64,000 nt of DNA, taken from contig JAQGDQ010002371.1 in the NCBI GenBank assembly GCA_030141605.1, forward strand, positions 372,001 through 436,000. Direction: 5' to 3'. A program made the position numbers and the translations under genes. Shown piece by piece: positions 1-13,589 of the stretch. Positions within the stretch are counted from its first letter, which is position 1, and each line of letters opens with the position of its first letter. Source of the DNA: Tubiluchus corallicola. Taxonomy: Eukaryota; Animalia; Priapulida. The notes beneath the pieces are model-generated. The model made no database searches. It was not told the origin of the DNA and was given only the letters and a program-made list of their open reading frames with translations.

Positions 1-45
1 ATTTCAAGATGCTTCACTTTCGTTGAATGTCACTACAATACTAAG
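1..45 (+). CDS. Possible 3' end of an upstream PHLPP exon (FQDASLSLNVTTIL), which would make 46-18481 one ~18.4 kb intron
   Basis: Strong donor AAG|GTAAGG at 45/46. The open frame ends in phase 2, matching the phase-2 start of exon 18482. The joined peptide puts hydrophobic residues at LRR-like spacing (L..V..I..L), but the fit is only partial. Confidence 0.3.
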
Positions 46-3000
46 GTAAGGTAATAAACTTATCATACTATATATAAGGCTGCATAGATAGTATGATATC
101 AGGATATTCATACAAATCACAAAGTAAAAAAGTATTCAGTTTAAGACAACAATTTAGAAGCTATTCAAGCTAGAATAATTTATGGTATTAGCAATGATAT
201 TATGTGAGACAAATTAAAAATTCTACTATACCACTAATACTGTACTACGATGACGGCGACGACTATTGCTGCCGCTGCCACTTATCTACTTATCTATCGT
301 ACTTACTACAACCTATTTTATTGGAATACTTTGGGTATTATACGAATACGATCCAGTTCGATACGTGTAAATATGCTTTTGAAAATATTGAATGAAGTGT
401 TCACCAGTTTTTTCTTCAAAGCACGTACAAAACATTTTTGTTGATATCAGACAACAGTAACTATTATTGCACTCCCACATTACCTGTAGCGACGCTGTAA
501 AATTCATGCAGAGTGAAGCTCTCATCATTCTCTCCGTATTCTTTCACTTCCCTGTACAGTTTTGTCGTGCGACAAAAAGCTTGTTATGTATGCAAATTTA
601 CAGTTTAATGCCCGACTTCTTTAACAAAACACTGCCGTGTCTACAGTACTTTCTTTACCATGTCTGCGTTGTGTTATCATCAGCGCTTTACTTTGTGCTT
701 CTTAGCTGAATATTTTTCATCATGTGTTCTCATTGTTATAAGTACTTTCACCGTTTTCGCAATTGCTTTGTCCAATTTCAACCAATCAGTAAGTTTATAA
801 TTATAGAAAAGTCGCAAAAATAAGAGAAACGTTTCGATGAAATCATTGACAATATTTCACATTAGATTTTGAGAGCAGCATAAAGTTACAATTTCAGACT
901 GTGTTTTTATATAAATTTTTAGCAATAATTGCTTTCTGCATGGTGTAAACAAGGTAAATGGCCTGAAGTACAAGATTAAAACTCAGATTAAAGACACAAA
1001 TGTCACACCTAGTAAATTACTAGTTAGCTTCCATGGCGTCACTATAGCTATTTATTTTAGGTGCAGTAGACGGCTTTATTAGGGCATTCGTTTTAATATT
1101 TATTTAAAGGCCATTTACATTAATGTATAATTTACATACGGATGTCCGCAGTTATCTCAAGAGTCAGAACTCAAAAGGCCAAGAATGGCATATTTTGGCG
1201 TAGCTGCTACAAAGCTGCGTGGAGTTTATCCACTTGAGAAAAATACCAATATTTGATGCTTTTTAGTTTTTTTTAGTTGGGACAAGTATACTAAAGAAGA
1301 TTCAGTAAAACTGAATGTTGGTGACTAGTGAGGCCCCTGTTTTTTCCATTTGTGACTGTAACACAGCCTTCACATTTGTAAAAAGAAAAGATCACAGTCA
1401 GTGATGTGAAAGGGAATAGTGCTCAGGCCACTTCTCGGATTCTTATTATAAAGCCTGCAGCTCTGATCGTTGGTGCAAATAAACTTTCATTCCTGTACAT
1501 GTACATACTTCAGTTGAGCAGGCATCTCAAGTGCCCATATTCCTTGAAAAGAAATTAGACCACTCAAATTAAATGTAATTTTCTTCTCCATGTGCAATGA
1601 TGCAGGAAGGTGGTTTTACCTATGTTAAATGTCCGTTTCTCGATCTGTCCTGCTAAGCAATTCACTTGTGCACGCTCGTGGGGGTAAATTTGTGCTCGTT
1701 TGCTGTTTGCTCGCTAGCTATGTCCAAGGGCAGACGTGGAGATGTAGAAATTCCCATTCTTACTGTCACCTCCGCGGGTAGTAAAATATTTTGATTTAGA
1801 AAAATGTTGTGTATGTTACTGTTTTGAACGGCTTATTGAAGATATTGCAAGACGTCTCTCGCTTGCTGCTTTTGAAAACGTTGGCAACTACACTGACTAC
1901 AACAGTAATTACCAGAGGCAGCAAGAACGATAATTAGAACAAATCATCATAGCAGCAAAAGCAACAAAAACGACAACGAAAGGCAACAGCAGAGTCATGT
2001 AAACGTGTCACATATAGAAAAATATCAAATTTACCCATTTCGTCGTTATCTCGTATTAACAATCATGCGTTATCTATATTCGTGCATTCGACCACTTTCC
2101 GATTACTCTTATTTATATCACGAAACCTACTCCTACTATTACTTTTAGCACCACTACTACAGAATTTCAAGTGCCACGTTAGTATCAGAAGCAGTGGTAG
2201 AAATCCTGTGACAACAGCAGCGTTTGCGCATAGGTCCTGTACACCGTATTACAGAAAAAATAAAAAATGTATGTCGATGGGCAATGATAATTAAATTTTT
2301 CTGGACCTATATTTATGCTTGCACTTTTCATCTATGGCCTGTTATAGCATCTGGTTGTATAATCGTAAACAATTTGTAGTAATGTTACCTCCATATGTGG
2401 ACATGATTCTTAAGAAACAAATCAATCTAATCTCAAGAAATATATAACTTGACATAAAACCAAAGCTCTTATTTATTATCATAGAATTTAGAAAAATACA
2501 GGTTTTGGTCTTCATTTATCCTTATTTCAGTTTTCATTAAAGTTGATAGTTAATTATCTTAGCTGCAATAGAGCATCGCTTAAAATTAATGCAGTTACAT
2601 ATTCCATTAGTTTCACTCTCTGCTGCCAGAACTTTGAAAGAGTACTACAAATTAGTCAGTCGTCTGTGTTGGATTTTTGTGAAAGGGCTTATCACTTAAT
2701 AATCATTGCTTGGGTTAGACTGGTGATTAATTAAACAAAAAATACGCCAAGCATTTGTTTCATTAATTCTTTAGCTTTGCAACAGTTTTTTGTTCAAGCC
2801 TTACAAGACACAATTCCTGACCTAATTGTGGTTCTACTGTTTTTTGCCACCGCTTTCGTACTATGTAGTGAAAGGCGGTAAAGATTCACTGGTTAAAATG
2901 TTTTTTCGAATGACTACTTTTGAAGAACGTTAAACTAATTGCAGTGTGTCTTTTGCTTTTTGACGGTTTCCTATATTGTCGGTTAGACAGTTGCAGTCCT

Positions 3001-3271
3001 GAGGGCAAAGCTGTTACTGTCCCATTTTGTGACATGGAAAAGTCATTTTGACTTCTAGATGGCACCTATTGCGATAGTGATGCACATTCACTGAGTCTAT
3101 TTGTTAAAAATGTGAGTGAAATTACAACACACGTGTAACCTAGTTTAAACGCGGTTAAAAGAAATAAAATCAACATTTAAGAGTCAATTTTGCGTGATTA
3201 TCTACGAAAATATGAAAGTTTACACGCATAATTTGAAAACATTATTTTGTACACCGGGCGTCTAGATTCCC

Positions 3272-3292
3272 GGGGTGGGGGGGGGGGGGGGG
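3272..3292 (+). repeat. G-run (GGGG-T-G16), G-quadruplex-capable, followed by a purine-rich tract
   Basis: Read directly from the sequence. Confidence 0.8.
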
Positions 3293-4739
3293 TGAAAGAC
3301 GAAAAGTAGACAAAGAAAGAGGGAAAAGGGAATGTTACATGAATGAAAAAGCGAGCAAATAAAGAGTGACCAAATATACAAATGAAAGAAAGAATAAATA
3401 AATAAATGTATGAAAGAAAAATGAATGGACGGGTTGATATTTAGATAGACTTATAAGAGAACGAAGAAACTCGCGAAGAGCGTGACCAGAACTTTCTATG
3501 TCAACCGAACAAACCATTAAGTAGTGGGTTACATTTAAACCGGTTACCAAAACTCATGTTGATAATTTCAAAAACTTCTAGGTGACAGCATCTTACACGT
3601 GCTATTCGCACTGTGTCACTGACTACATTATGTGTACATTGGCTAATGAATACCTGCCCGCCCGTAAGAATACAGGGCCAATAACCGTGATGATAATTTA
3701 TGCGCATATTTGCACACACATTGTCGTCCGATTTAGACACCAACTTTATTTATTTAGTTTTGCCATAACGAAAATGGCTATATTCAAAATTTAGTAAATG
3801 AACCAATAATTCGTAATCTTGCAATTAAAATTATGCATAATTTGTTGTACTACAAAATTTTATAATATTCTTTTATAAGTTCTTTGTAATATTTTGAAAG
3901 CTTTGAGGCACGAGTAGTTGTAAATGGTGTACAGTAATGAACTTGTTGTTAAGAAATGTTGTTGTAAAAAAGACTTGTAAACAACAAACAGAAACAACCT
4001 CAAGTGATGGCATTGTCACATTTCATTCTGGTTGATTTTTAGGGCGATACTCAAGAGTCACAAGTTTTGAATGTACTGTTAAATAATTTTGAAAATGGAA
4101 CAAGGTTTTCACGTTGTTTGTATTGTTTGTTTAAATGGGCTTTTCATTGGCGATGTCACATCAGCAGGCACACCTATCCCTGTATAGATAGTTTTCTTCA
4201 TTTGGTTTTTAAAGGTACGTAGAATTTTGTTTCTATGTTGCTAGTCTTTTGTTGCTCTTTTTAAAGTACGTGATGATTTATAGCTTTTCCCATTTTTGTC
4301 TAGAAATTGTCGGTGGAGTGAACTAGCAATTGTAGCATAATGAGTCTTCTTTTGGTCCTTTTTCTAATTTTTTTTGAAGAACTGTATAGGCATATGTTTG
4401 TTGTAGTTAAATGGGCAGGCAAACCGTTGTTCCAGGCTTACACTGACTTTTTTCGATTATCTGTGCAAGAGAATCAGACGTGAGAAAAATGAAACTGATT
4501 AAGTGAAAAGCAATTAAAACAGCTTGCAAGTTTGTGGTTTCGACTTGTTTGTCCGTATTTGTATTGTGTTTGTGGCGTTGACTGGTATTTTCGCTAAATT
4601 GTTCAGCAGATATTAAAATTAGCAGTTTTTACCTGTACTACATTACTTCAGGATTTGAATTTTTTCTGATGCTGCACTATTAGCTTTATAATGACGAGCC
4701 TTATTCACAATCACATTCACAATTGAAACCTACTATTCG

Positions 4740-4910
4740 TTGAGGATGACTAATGTTGCCGCTGATGATGGTAAGCTGGTGATGGTGGTATCCGTGTTGT
4801 GGTTGTTGTTTTCACCATCGCCATCCATCACTCATTGCCATCGTCATCGCCATTATTTGGTCGAATTTCTCGTCATTGTTATTGTTGTCGTCGCTTTCAT
4901 ATTGTTGTTT
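4740..4910. repeat. Degenerate trinucleotide low-complexity tract (GAT/GGT/GTT, CAT/CGT); similar tracts at ~225-310, ~1885-1995 and ~2095-2160
   Basis: Period-3 decayed microsatellites; they explain several spurious ORFs. Confidence 0.6.
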
Positions 4911-5851
4911 TTTTAGTAGATAGGAAACCAGCGTCGACAACAACTTCTGCCTGAGGTTTGTGTTTGAAAACACATACCTGTAGGATAAAACTGTATTGCC
5001 CGCAGGTTTGAGTTTCAAATGATAAAACCTGAACAGGGGAGTTGCAAACTTCCAAATATTATTTCAGTACAGGAATGCATTTTGTGTAATTGAGCAGAAA
5101 AATCAGAAAAAATTATCCATACTCAAACGTTTATTTCCAGTTCTGTCACGCATGCCAACTACACCGCCTGTTATTTTTTCCCTTGCTTCCTGCGAAATTA
5201 CGATGTTTCATATTTGTGTAATTTTCAGTAATGCGCGTATTTTATCTTTGTAATGATGCATAATTACTTAATTTCAAAAATATTCATGTGGACCGCATAT
5301 TTCGTCTTTAGACAGAAGATCATTATGCTGCTAATATGATCACTTTAACTATCTTTATCTTGCACGCACATCTAAAATTAAATTGCAGTAATAATTCAAA
5401 GTTCTCATTTTGCGTCCTTCAGAAGGTAAAGAGTTACCAGTTAATCACATACTGGGGTATGTTATTTACGTTTTCTACTATAATTATTAAAGAATTTCGA
5501 GATATGCTTAAGAAAGGGAAACAGTTGTTCATTTAGCATTCAACTATTTACCGGTATGAAGACCCAGTGAAGGATAAAATAAACAACAACAAAAAATATT
5601 AGAAGGACGTCCACAAACAAAAAAAGAGTCGAAATATACCGTACATCAGAGTCATTTGCAATATTTGCCGCCAGAGCACTGCCAGATTGCACAACTCTGG
5701 TAAGCAGATCACACTAACACTTGCGTCGTATATGAATAAAGTGTAGAAGAAATAAATTTACACACTCCTGAGATGCATTGCAATCATATGTGTTTAAATT
5801 TAAAAAATTTCCTTATACCATATACGACACCCTAAGTTTCTCTAGAATATA

Positions 5852-6357
5852 CACGCTTGTGCAAATTAATTGAACGACTGACAGATTTTACGGCATTTTT
5901 CCCACCTCTCATGGTATTTTCCAGCCATGAACTGCGACTTGCAGATTATGAAATCCCCTTAACAGCATTTCTGACATGAATTGGCCTAATTTTGCCTATT
6001 GTTATGCGAAAGTCGTTCCCTATGTTCCATGGGGAACGTCGCCAGAAATTTCTTGAAAAATGAGACCGCTAAAGTTTACTGACACGGCACCTCTTCGGAT
6101 TTAAGCCCAGTTGAAAACTTGTGGTTGATTGTCAAGCTGCGCCTGCGAGAACAGAGTGTATCGCCAGGCAGAAGCTGATAGATGTCATCATCCAGCTGTG
6201 GTACCATGTCGCTCAGATTTTTTTGTGAATTCCATGCCGAAACGAAATTATATTCCGAAAATTATCAGAGTGATTAAAATGAGTGTTTTGAATTATAAGA
6301 AAACAACGCATTTTCATTCATTTTTATGCATTGGTTCACTTAATTTACACAAGGGTG
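5852..6357 (+). mobile_element. Internally deleted Tc1-like DNA transposon (~506 bp) with transposase C-terminal relic
   Basis: TIRs CACGCTTGTGCAAATTAATTGAAC and (revcomp) CACCCTTGTGTAAATTAAGTGAAC match at 21/24, with TA on both flanks. The relic frame at 6080-6245 reads *HGTSSDLSPVENLWLIVKLRL...KLIDVIIQLWYH...FVNSMPKR, matching the Tc1 motifs WPxNSPDLNPIENLW and LVxSMPxR. Confidence 0.85.
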
Positions 6358-7465
6358 TATTTGTCTAAATTAACTCAGAGTGAACAACAATAGAAGGTAC
6401 AACAGTAAATTTTGAAAAGAAGGGATTTAACATTAGCAGAACAGTTACTAAACTTCCTTATTAAAGTATTAATGCAGACATAGAACAACTGCGTTATATA
6501 TTACAGAATTGCACCAGGTGGCTTGGAGAAACTACCGAATTTCAGATCAAATAATTTCACTACTGTTTCACACTACAAAGTTTAAACAGAAGAGTGAGTT
6601 AACACACAACGGCATTGGGCCACGACATGTAACAGATATCAGATAAGTGCAACATTATGAATCACATGTGTTGTGTGATTTATATTTGTATCAAAATTGT
6701 ATTTTTTATGCACATGGTAACAAATATGTGTCCGATAGTTCATGCCGTTATGCGTTCTGTGCTTCTAGTTGAAGCCTATATCAATCCTGAAGACTATCTT
6801 CTCTTTAGCTGTAAATTGAACTAATTTTTAATGTCACATTGCAAGCGAATGTCTCAAATTGAAATTGAATTCTCAAAATTTGTAGACTAGAAATTCCCCT
6901 AAACGTTTTTTGTTTGTTTGTCTGCTTGCTTGCTTGTTTGATATTTATGTCTGCCAGAAAGCACAATATCGGTGTTGGATAGGTTAGGGTCGTTCTACGC
7001 ACGTTTGTAAATACTGCATACATGTCGTTTTAACCACGTAGTTTATGTAAAAATTGTCCTATTTTGTGTTTTGTGTGTGTCACTATTTCCTAATCCTTCT
7101 AGGTGTTGTTCTTAATACCACGTATTCACTACCTGCGGTACCAGTACCAACCCTTGTAATTAGGAATAATTAATTCTGACACTGACCTGGTAGTAACGAT
7201 ATAATTTGCATCTCATTATAATACCGATGAAGCTACCGATAGAAGCGTATTCGTAATCGGTGAATTCGTCACATGTCAGCTTATCAGACAAAATATGTTT
7301 TCCGTATACAGCAAACTCTGTGAGAATTGTTTACCCATGATTGACTAAAATATCCTTTTTGCCTGTGCTTTTTCTGTGTGCATGTCAAGTTCGGGAAGTC
7401 CGTACGGCTTTTTTGTGCAGTTCGGCCTGATCCAGTGCTCAGTAGCGGACTTACTTAAAACAAAA

Positions 7466-8055
7466 CAATCTTAAACTGTAGATCAAAACAATCTAATCTT
7501 TAAAATATTGAAGTAAACATACTATTTTTTCAAAAATGACTTACGTGAAAGAATTATTACCACACAAACACAATTTCGCGTTCGCGTTCGCGCCACTAGT
7601 TCCTCATCGTTGCATGCATTTCGCCATTCGCTAGTTAGACAGGCACCAGTGCCTGCATCTCGGAAGCGCATTGCACAAAAAACAGATGCTGTACTTCTCA
7701 ATTCAGATGTATTAGTTTGTGACGAACTACACACGTTCGACAGCTCATGCGTGAGCACAGCGGTAAATCTGAAATTTTAATTTTTTATATTAAAACTTGT
7801 CTGATTTTAGTACAACACACTGAACAACTTACAGTAGCACTGTACTTCAATTTTCGCTTTTGCAAACACGTGCAACACGCTAATGGAATATTTTTGCTGT
7901 TGAAAATTGTTAGTTAAAGATGTCATCAATAGTTGGTCTCGCCCACCATTAATTAATTATCAGAAACGCTTTTGCAGTATTAATTGTGTTAAAATGTGTT
8001 TTTATTTGACTTGAAAATGAGGTAGTATATGAAAAATCATCCTGTCTTCCTTTAA
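7466..8055. mobile_element. Non-autonomous DNA element, Kolobok-like terminus (...CCTGTCTTCCT-TTAA), copy 1
   Basis: Clear similarity to 51670-52066 (caatcttaaactgta..caaaacaatcta; ttagtacaacacactgaa; gaatatttttgctgttgaaaatt; gatgtcatcaatagtt; gaaaaatcaNcctgtcttcctttaa). It ends in TTAA with an AGG terminus on the other strand. The left end is not resolved, and the superfamily call is inference. Confidence 0.65.
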
Positions 8056-8149
8056 CCTAGGTGGTGTGGCAGTACCAGAATCTGAGTAATTATCATGTAT
8101 AGACCCCTCAAATGAGACACTGAGCCGAATTGCTGCCTCATTCACATTC

Positions 8150-8346
8150 ACGTATTGCATATAACGGTTGTGAATAAAGGGAATATTGGAATACAAACAT
8201 TACACATGAACTTGAAGCCGTCCAGAGACAGTTTATTCGATAGTCACTTGTCCATTTGCTAACCAGTTCCGGCGTTACTTAAAGAGGAAGAAACTTTAGG
8301 CAGTTTTAAAGTATGTTCCAAATACCTGTTTGAAATACTTATATAA
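8150..8346 (+). mobile_element. Short CR1/L2-type LINE ORF2 3' relic
   Basis: Fragments SRIAYNGCE...ELEAVQRQFIR and (NQ)..PALLKEEETLGSFK resemble the LE.VQRRF and WN.LP......L..FK motifs of CR1-clade ORF2 C-termini. Confidence 0.45.
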
Positions 8347-11300
8347 CTAGAAGAGAAGAGGCTTACTAATTTAAAATGTTCGCGTCTACTGATAAAATGT
8401 CACTCACTCACCTTCCTAGTGTTCAAGCTGATTCGCCAAAAATATTTTTAATTTTATTGACAAATGACAAGATGAAGTAAGTAATTTATATTTTTGCTTA
8501 GCTAGTGAAGTGTACCTAGGAATACTGTGATGATTTTTTCAAATTTACGCAATGTTACCTAAATTTGTTTCAAACAATCTACCGGTCAAATGGCTGTGCC
8601 TAACGGTCACAGAGGGAGTTTAAGTTTTCAAGTTTTATACTGCGTTGCTGATAATACAAGTGCTGTGCGCAGTTAAGGAGTAAGGTGATACAAAAGCGCA
8701 ACACGATTTTTTGCTTTATGTATGTAAAGGGTTCTCTTGTGCTTTACTTTTACAGCGAAGGTCGCACAGCTAACAGTCAGCTGTTCCCGTTGCTATATAA
8801 TTCTTCATTACTCACTTTTTCTGTATTGTATTTTTTACAATTGTACCCCCCTGGTAAAATGATCGATTTCTTAAATTCCAAAGATAAAAAAGTTTTAAAA
8901 GATTTTTCAAGTATTTATTTGCTTATCTGATTTTGCGCCATACATAGGAAATAACTTCAAAGGCATGCTTAATTTAACAAACGTTTTTCTTTTGCGGCGT
9001 GGTTGTGACACTGCTATGTTTGTTTCCAGTCTTGTTTACTGTCTGTTACATGCATTTTGATGTGCTAAGACAACCTGTAGAGTTCAGGTTATGCTAATAA
9101 ACCATTAGCTGTGTTAATTTCCATTATTAAACCCTAATGACACAGTAACCATTGTTTCAAACATTCTACCAAATCTTCAGTAGTGAAGTGTTGTAAATGA
9201 TCAAGAGCGATCAGTTTGTTAAGGGCTCATTTGCAATGTTAAATACTTTCTTTCAGTGACCTTTCACCCTTTAGTTTAAGGGTGTTGTTGAGAGGAGCCG
9301 ATTTTAACGGTGAATTTATTCTTATTTGCTGATTAATTCTCCACATGAATAGTTAGTTAGCGCGGCACTGCAACTTAATTAGCATTATTTGTTTAAATGA
9401 TCTGGCAATAGAACATAATTATGCTATCTAAAATAATCTGACTATCTGTGAGGTCGCAATTACATATGCTGAACATGTACCTTACTAAACTTACTAAACC
9501 GTTGTATATGTAATTCTGAGATCAGGATCACGTGATTTGTTTATGACGTGCAACAATGGCTGCCAAGATGCTCACAAAAGTTAGTTTCGATCCAACATCC
9601 TAACGCTAAATTTTATCAAACTTAATTTTTCAGTTTTGAAGAATTTTAAGTAACAAACTCTGGGTTCTGTGAAGAAACAAAGTACAAATACTTTAGTTTA
9701 TGGATAACTTTGCTGTGCACATCGAATTCACAGACGTAGTTATGTGCAGGATGTCCCACACATCACTATACAATTTTCATTTTCTATATTTTTAGCAAAG
9801 CAAAATATTTGAAAATTTGTACAAGTGAATTAAAATCGAGTACAATGAGTAAGCTTTGATATTTTCGCTGCCTTGTTCAAGGAACTCTATAGCTTTAGAG
9901 ACCAGTCCAATGGCAAGTCGGACATTCTGCATCAAAAAGTCGCTCACAGCCTGTGAGTGGCAAGGAATTACTGCACCTTGTTAAAAAATTATCAATATTG
10001 TCGTCCATAATTATGGTGTTCTAAATTTCCGGTAACTTCAGTTGGTGATCGAAAAACCTCATACCTGTCGTCGCTGTAGCGCCGGGGTTCCAGTCAAAAT
10101 GAATAAAAACAATTGCCAAATGCCCCTTATGATTCATGTACGAGTTTGCTGATGTCGGAGATAAATTTAAAAAGCAAATTAGAATCAAAAGTGCAAGGTG
10201 AGTTATGAGACACCTTATATAATAATCGCCTGTTAGAAAAGATGGCGCATAATCATTTAGTCCAGACAAACAGTATGACCCAATGGCAACTGCATATTAA
10301 TAAGTACATTCAGATGATAGTGTATAACGGAGACTGCATGCCAATCAGATTGTAATATAAGGACTGGTATCTGATTGGCACACGTATCAGTACGACGGTC
10401 ATAAATGATGACCTAAAAGTCTATATAATTGTAAAAATTGTATAGAGAGTAAAACGGCATATATAAACGGCAATTAAAATGATAATAACTTTTGATGCAT
10501 GTTATTTTTGTTAGCTTAGCGTGTAGTGTAGTATATTTGAAGGTATTGTACATGCATAATATTAATGTACAAAGATGAGTAATTGAGTGACTTCCTAATG
10601 TTAAATTTCAGTCTATCACTCTTACGTTATCCATTCGTTTGACTTTGATTTTTTTTGAGTACGTATTGAAGATGATAAAATATTATTTTCAAAGTAAATT
10701 AATATAACGAGATGTTTAAACCGTAAAACCTTCAATCGGGCGAGAGAAATGTTATTGCCAACCGAAGTAAGGCAATACTGAGACAGGTAACTAAAAAGAC
10801 TGGCGACACTCAGGAAGATCCCTTCCGCAATTTTGCCAAACATTCTGTTGTGGGCTATTTTCATCTGCCTTATTGTCTTTAACTTTGTAGTCTTCTATTT
10901 CCTCAGAGGGAATGTATATTTTAAGAAAATAGTTATATTTAAAAATAAAGTCAATATAACGGAAACGCTCGCACTATAAAAAGCTGTTCTCATTAAATTC
11001 AAAAATTTTAGTTGTCAAGTAATGCAGTACATGTTTATTGAGCAAGTAGTACTATCTCAGCTCAAGGTGATATGATGTAGCCAAAGTTAGTTGTTTAAAG
11101 ATTATTTGTTAAATACTGTATACTACACGCAATCAATCACTCAATTTTGAAACAACTCCATCCACGTTCGCCGACCCACCCCACCCCCATCTAATCGCCC
11201 ACTTCCTCAGAAAACTGCGGAACTTGATTATACCACCAGTAACTCGCTCTGATTCACTCTGTGCGATTTCAAAAAGCTATTTTAGCACTGTTAACACAAT

Positions 11301-12369
11301 ACTTGACATGCTACTATTAACCATCAGTAGTACTACCACTGTATTTTCAGGCAGTTTTTTTCTCCATTCTTTGTTGTGTGTTTACGTAGATGTTTATTTC
11401 CTCCACTGATATTTTTTTCATCAGTTTTTGCAGTGTCAAAATTACTCAGGTGAATTTATTATTGTCATTGCCGTTGTCAGTAGGTTTGAACCGTAGGATA
11501 AGCCAGTTATGCTTGCGTGGCGATTTAATGAAACATGTAGAATTGGGTTCAAGTAGTCAATCGCCCACACAGAAATTCAAGACATGGTTCATGTGTTAGA
11601 AATATGGCTCAATCACACCTAATCAACATTACGATTCATGTTGATTAGTCTATCAGTTGTGTTGGAAGGTAAAATTTAAGTGCCACATGCACAGCAGCAG
11701 CGAAACTACGAGCTTATATTCGTAATTAGTTGGCAACGTCATATGGAACACACACAGAAAAAAACCAAAAACAGTGCAGCTTGCAAAGTTTAGCTGAGGT
11801 TAACGTAGCCACTATAGAATAAAATGTCTAGTTTCTGCTTAGGTGTAGGCTAGGCGTAATAAGCTTTGTAGTAAATACAACACCAAGAAAACGTGACTGA
11901 TTAATGCTGACCGGCGATTTTTCCCAAATGCTCACCGAAAACAAAACATAGCGCTAAGTATGGAAGATTCTGTTCAAAATCGGTCGTGTTAAACAGGCCC
12001 AATTGGGGTAAAAACGAATAATGCACAGTAGAAAATCTAACAAAAAATAAACAGAAAATAAATGGAAAATATGCGAGCTACAGTAGTTACGCACACAGCT
12101 TCATCAAGACGCATTTCTACTCATTTTGTTTTAACACAAACTGGGTTTTGCTGTGGCAGTGAACCTTTCTCGTGTTTTAATTTTCAGATGAGAGTTGATT
12201 AAACGCGCATTTTTAACAAATTAAATTCCAAACGTTAAGCTGCGTATTTTGTACTAAATCAGGTCTTCGTGAATTTAGTTCAGCTTGTTTTGTGTTAAGT
12301 TAAATACGTACTTATTGAATTAAATTCCCTTACAATATGCTGTTATGCTGCACAGTGCCGAAACTATTG

Positions 12370-12590
12370 ATGATTGGGCATCAAAACCGACTTACCATAG
12401 ACCTTGAATCTCTTAATTAAAGAAAGCTGTGGACAGCTTTTGAGAAATAATTAAGCCAACAAATTTTCTCGAGTATTTTGCTTGTCAAAGGGTGCTTGAT
12501 GAATTGCAGAATAATTGCGAGTGTTTTTTAATTTTGCCGAAGACTTTCGGTGTTTGCAAGGGGTTGTTCTGAAGGACGCAGAGGTCGAGT
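12370..12590 (+). mobile_element. Possible very old mariner-like transposase 3' relic
   Basis: Degraded fragments DWAS, DLESLN*RKLWTAFE and FCRRL resemble the W..SPDLNPLDY.LW..LE and F.RRL motifs; the match is weak. Confidence 0.3.
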
Positions 12591-13589
12591 TTTTCTCTTT
12601 CTGTACGTTCTAGTTTCTGTTCTATATAATAAATTAATAATAACGCCCAATATTGCTCGTGGACTATTATAGACGTAAATTAATGCTTTTATAGTCACTT
12701 GGGCTTTTATAACTCATAATATCTTTTTATTTGCAGGCGGTTTTTTGTGTTTCTTAATATATACAAAGCTATAGTTTCAGGCAAATTATGTTAATCCAGT
12801 GTTGCTGTTTAATTCGTTCTGTGTTCTTTTAATTGATCACCAAGTAGTTTTTAGCTGTTAATTTTTATAATTTTTACTGAGACACGGCCTTTTTCATTGC
12901 CAAGATAACAACACATTTTCCTGTTTGCAGTCATGTTCAGAAAATTACGTATTATTCCGCAGTTGCCCTTGAAGGTGATGGGTTGAGAACTCAGTGGATA
13001 GTTCTAAGTACTTTTCTAGAAGACAAGCTTGAATAATAATTTTCTCCTTAGTTTGCACAACGTAATGAGTTAACTTAGGCCACAAACTGATGATTATAGT
13101 CGAAAAATGTAGGAAAGCGTAAAAAATTTTAGTGGTGTCGCTGCACAAGTTAAACCTACCATGCTTTCGTACAAGACTTAAATTGCAAAAACTTCAATTT
13201 TAATATCAAAGAAATAACCAAAACCCTAATTTATCTAACATGTCTTTCTACTACGTATGAGCTCTCTTTTTATTAATATGAGGTGATACAGAAAAATATG
13301 CTGAACTAGACTGCAATACTATTAGAAGCAAGTACCTTCAAAGTAGAAATTTCACAGCATACTGTTACAATACATTTATTTTTGACTGTGAAAGTTACAA
13401 GTTTATAATTTTTGTAATTTTTAAGTAGTAGCCGAAAAGCTTTTGCATATTAAAAGTTTACATGCTGGAACAGATAATCATCACCAACTGAAAAAACCAC
13501 GTTGGTGCATAAATTACTTCATACGTGTCAGCAAATTTATAAAGAAATCAAGTCTAGTTAGTCAATTAGGTTATATCCAATAGGTTACA

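Noticed and set aside
8018-8030. tgaggtagta as a let-7 gene
   Set aside because: Only the first 10 nt match, there is no precursor hairpin, and it lies in the end of a repeated DNA element.
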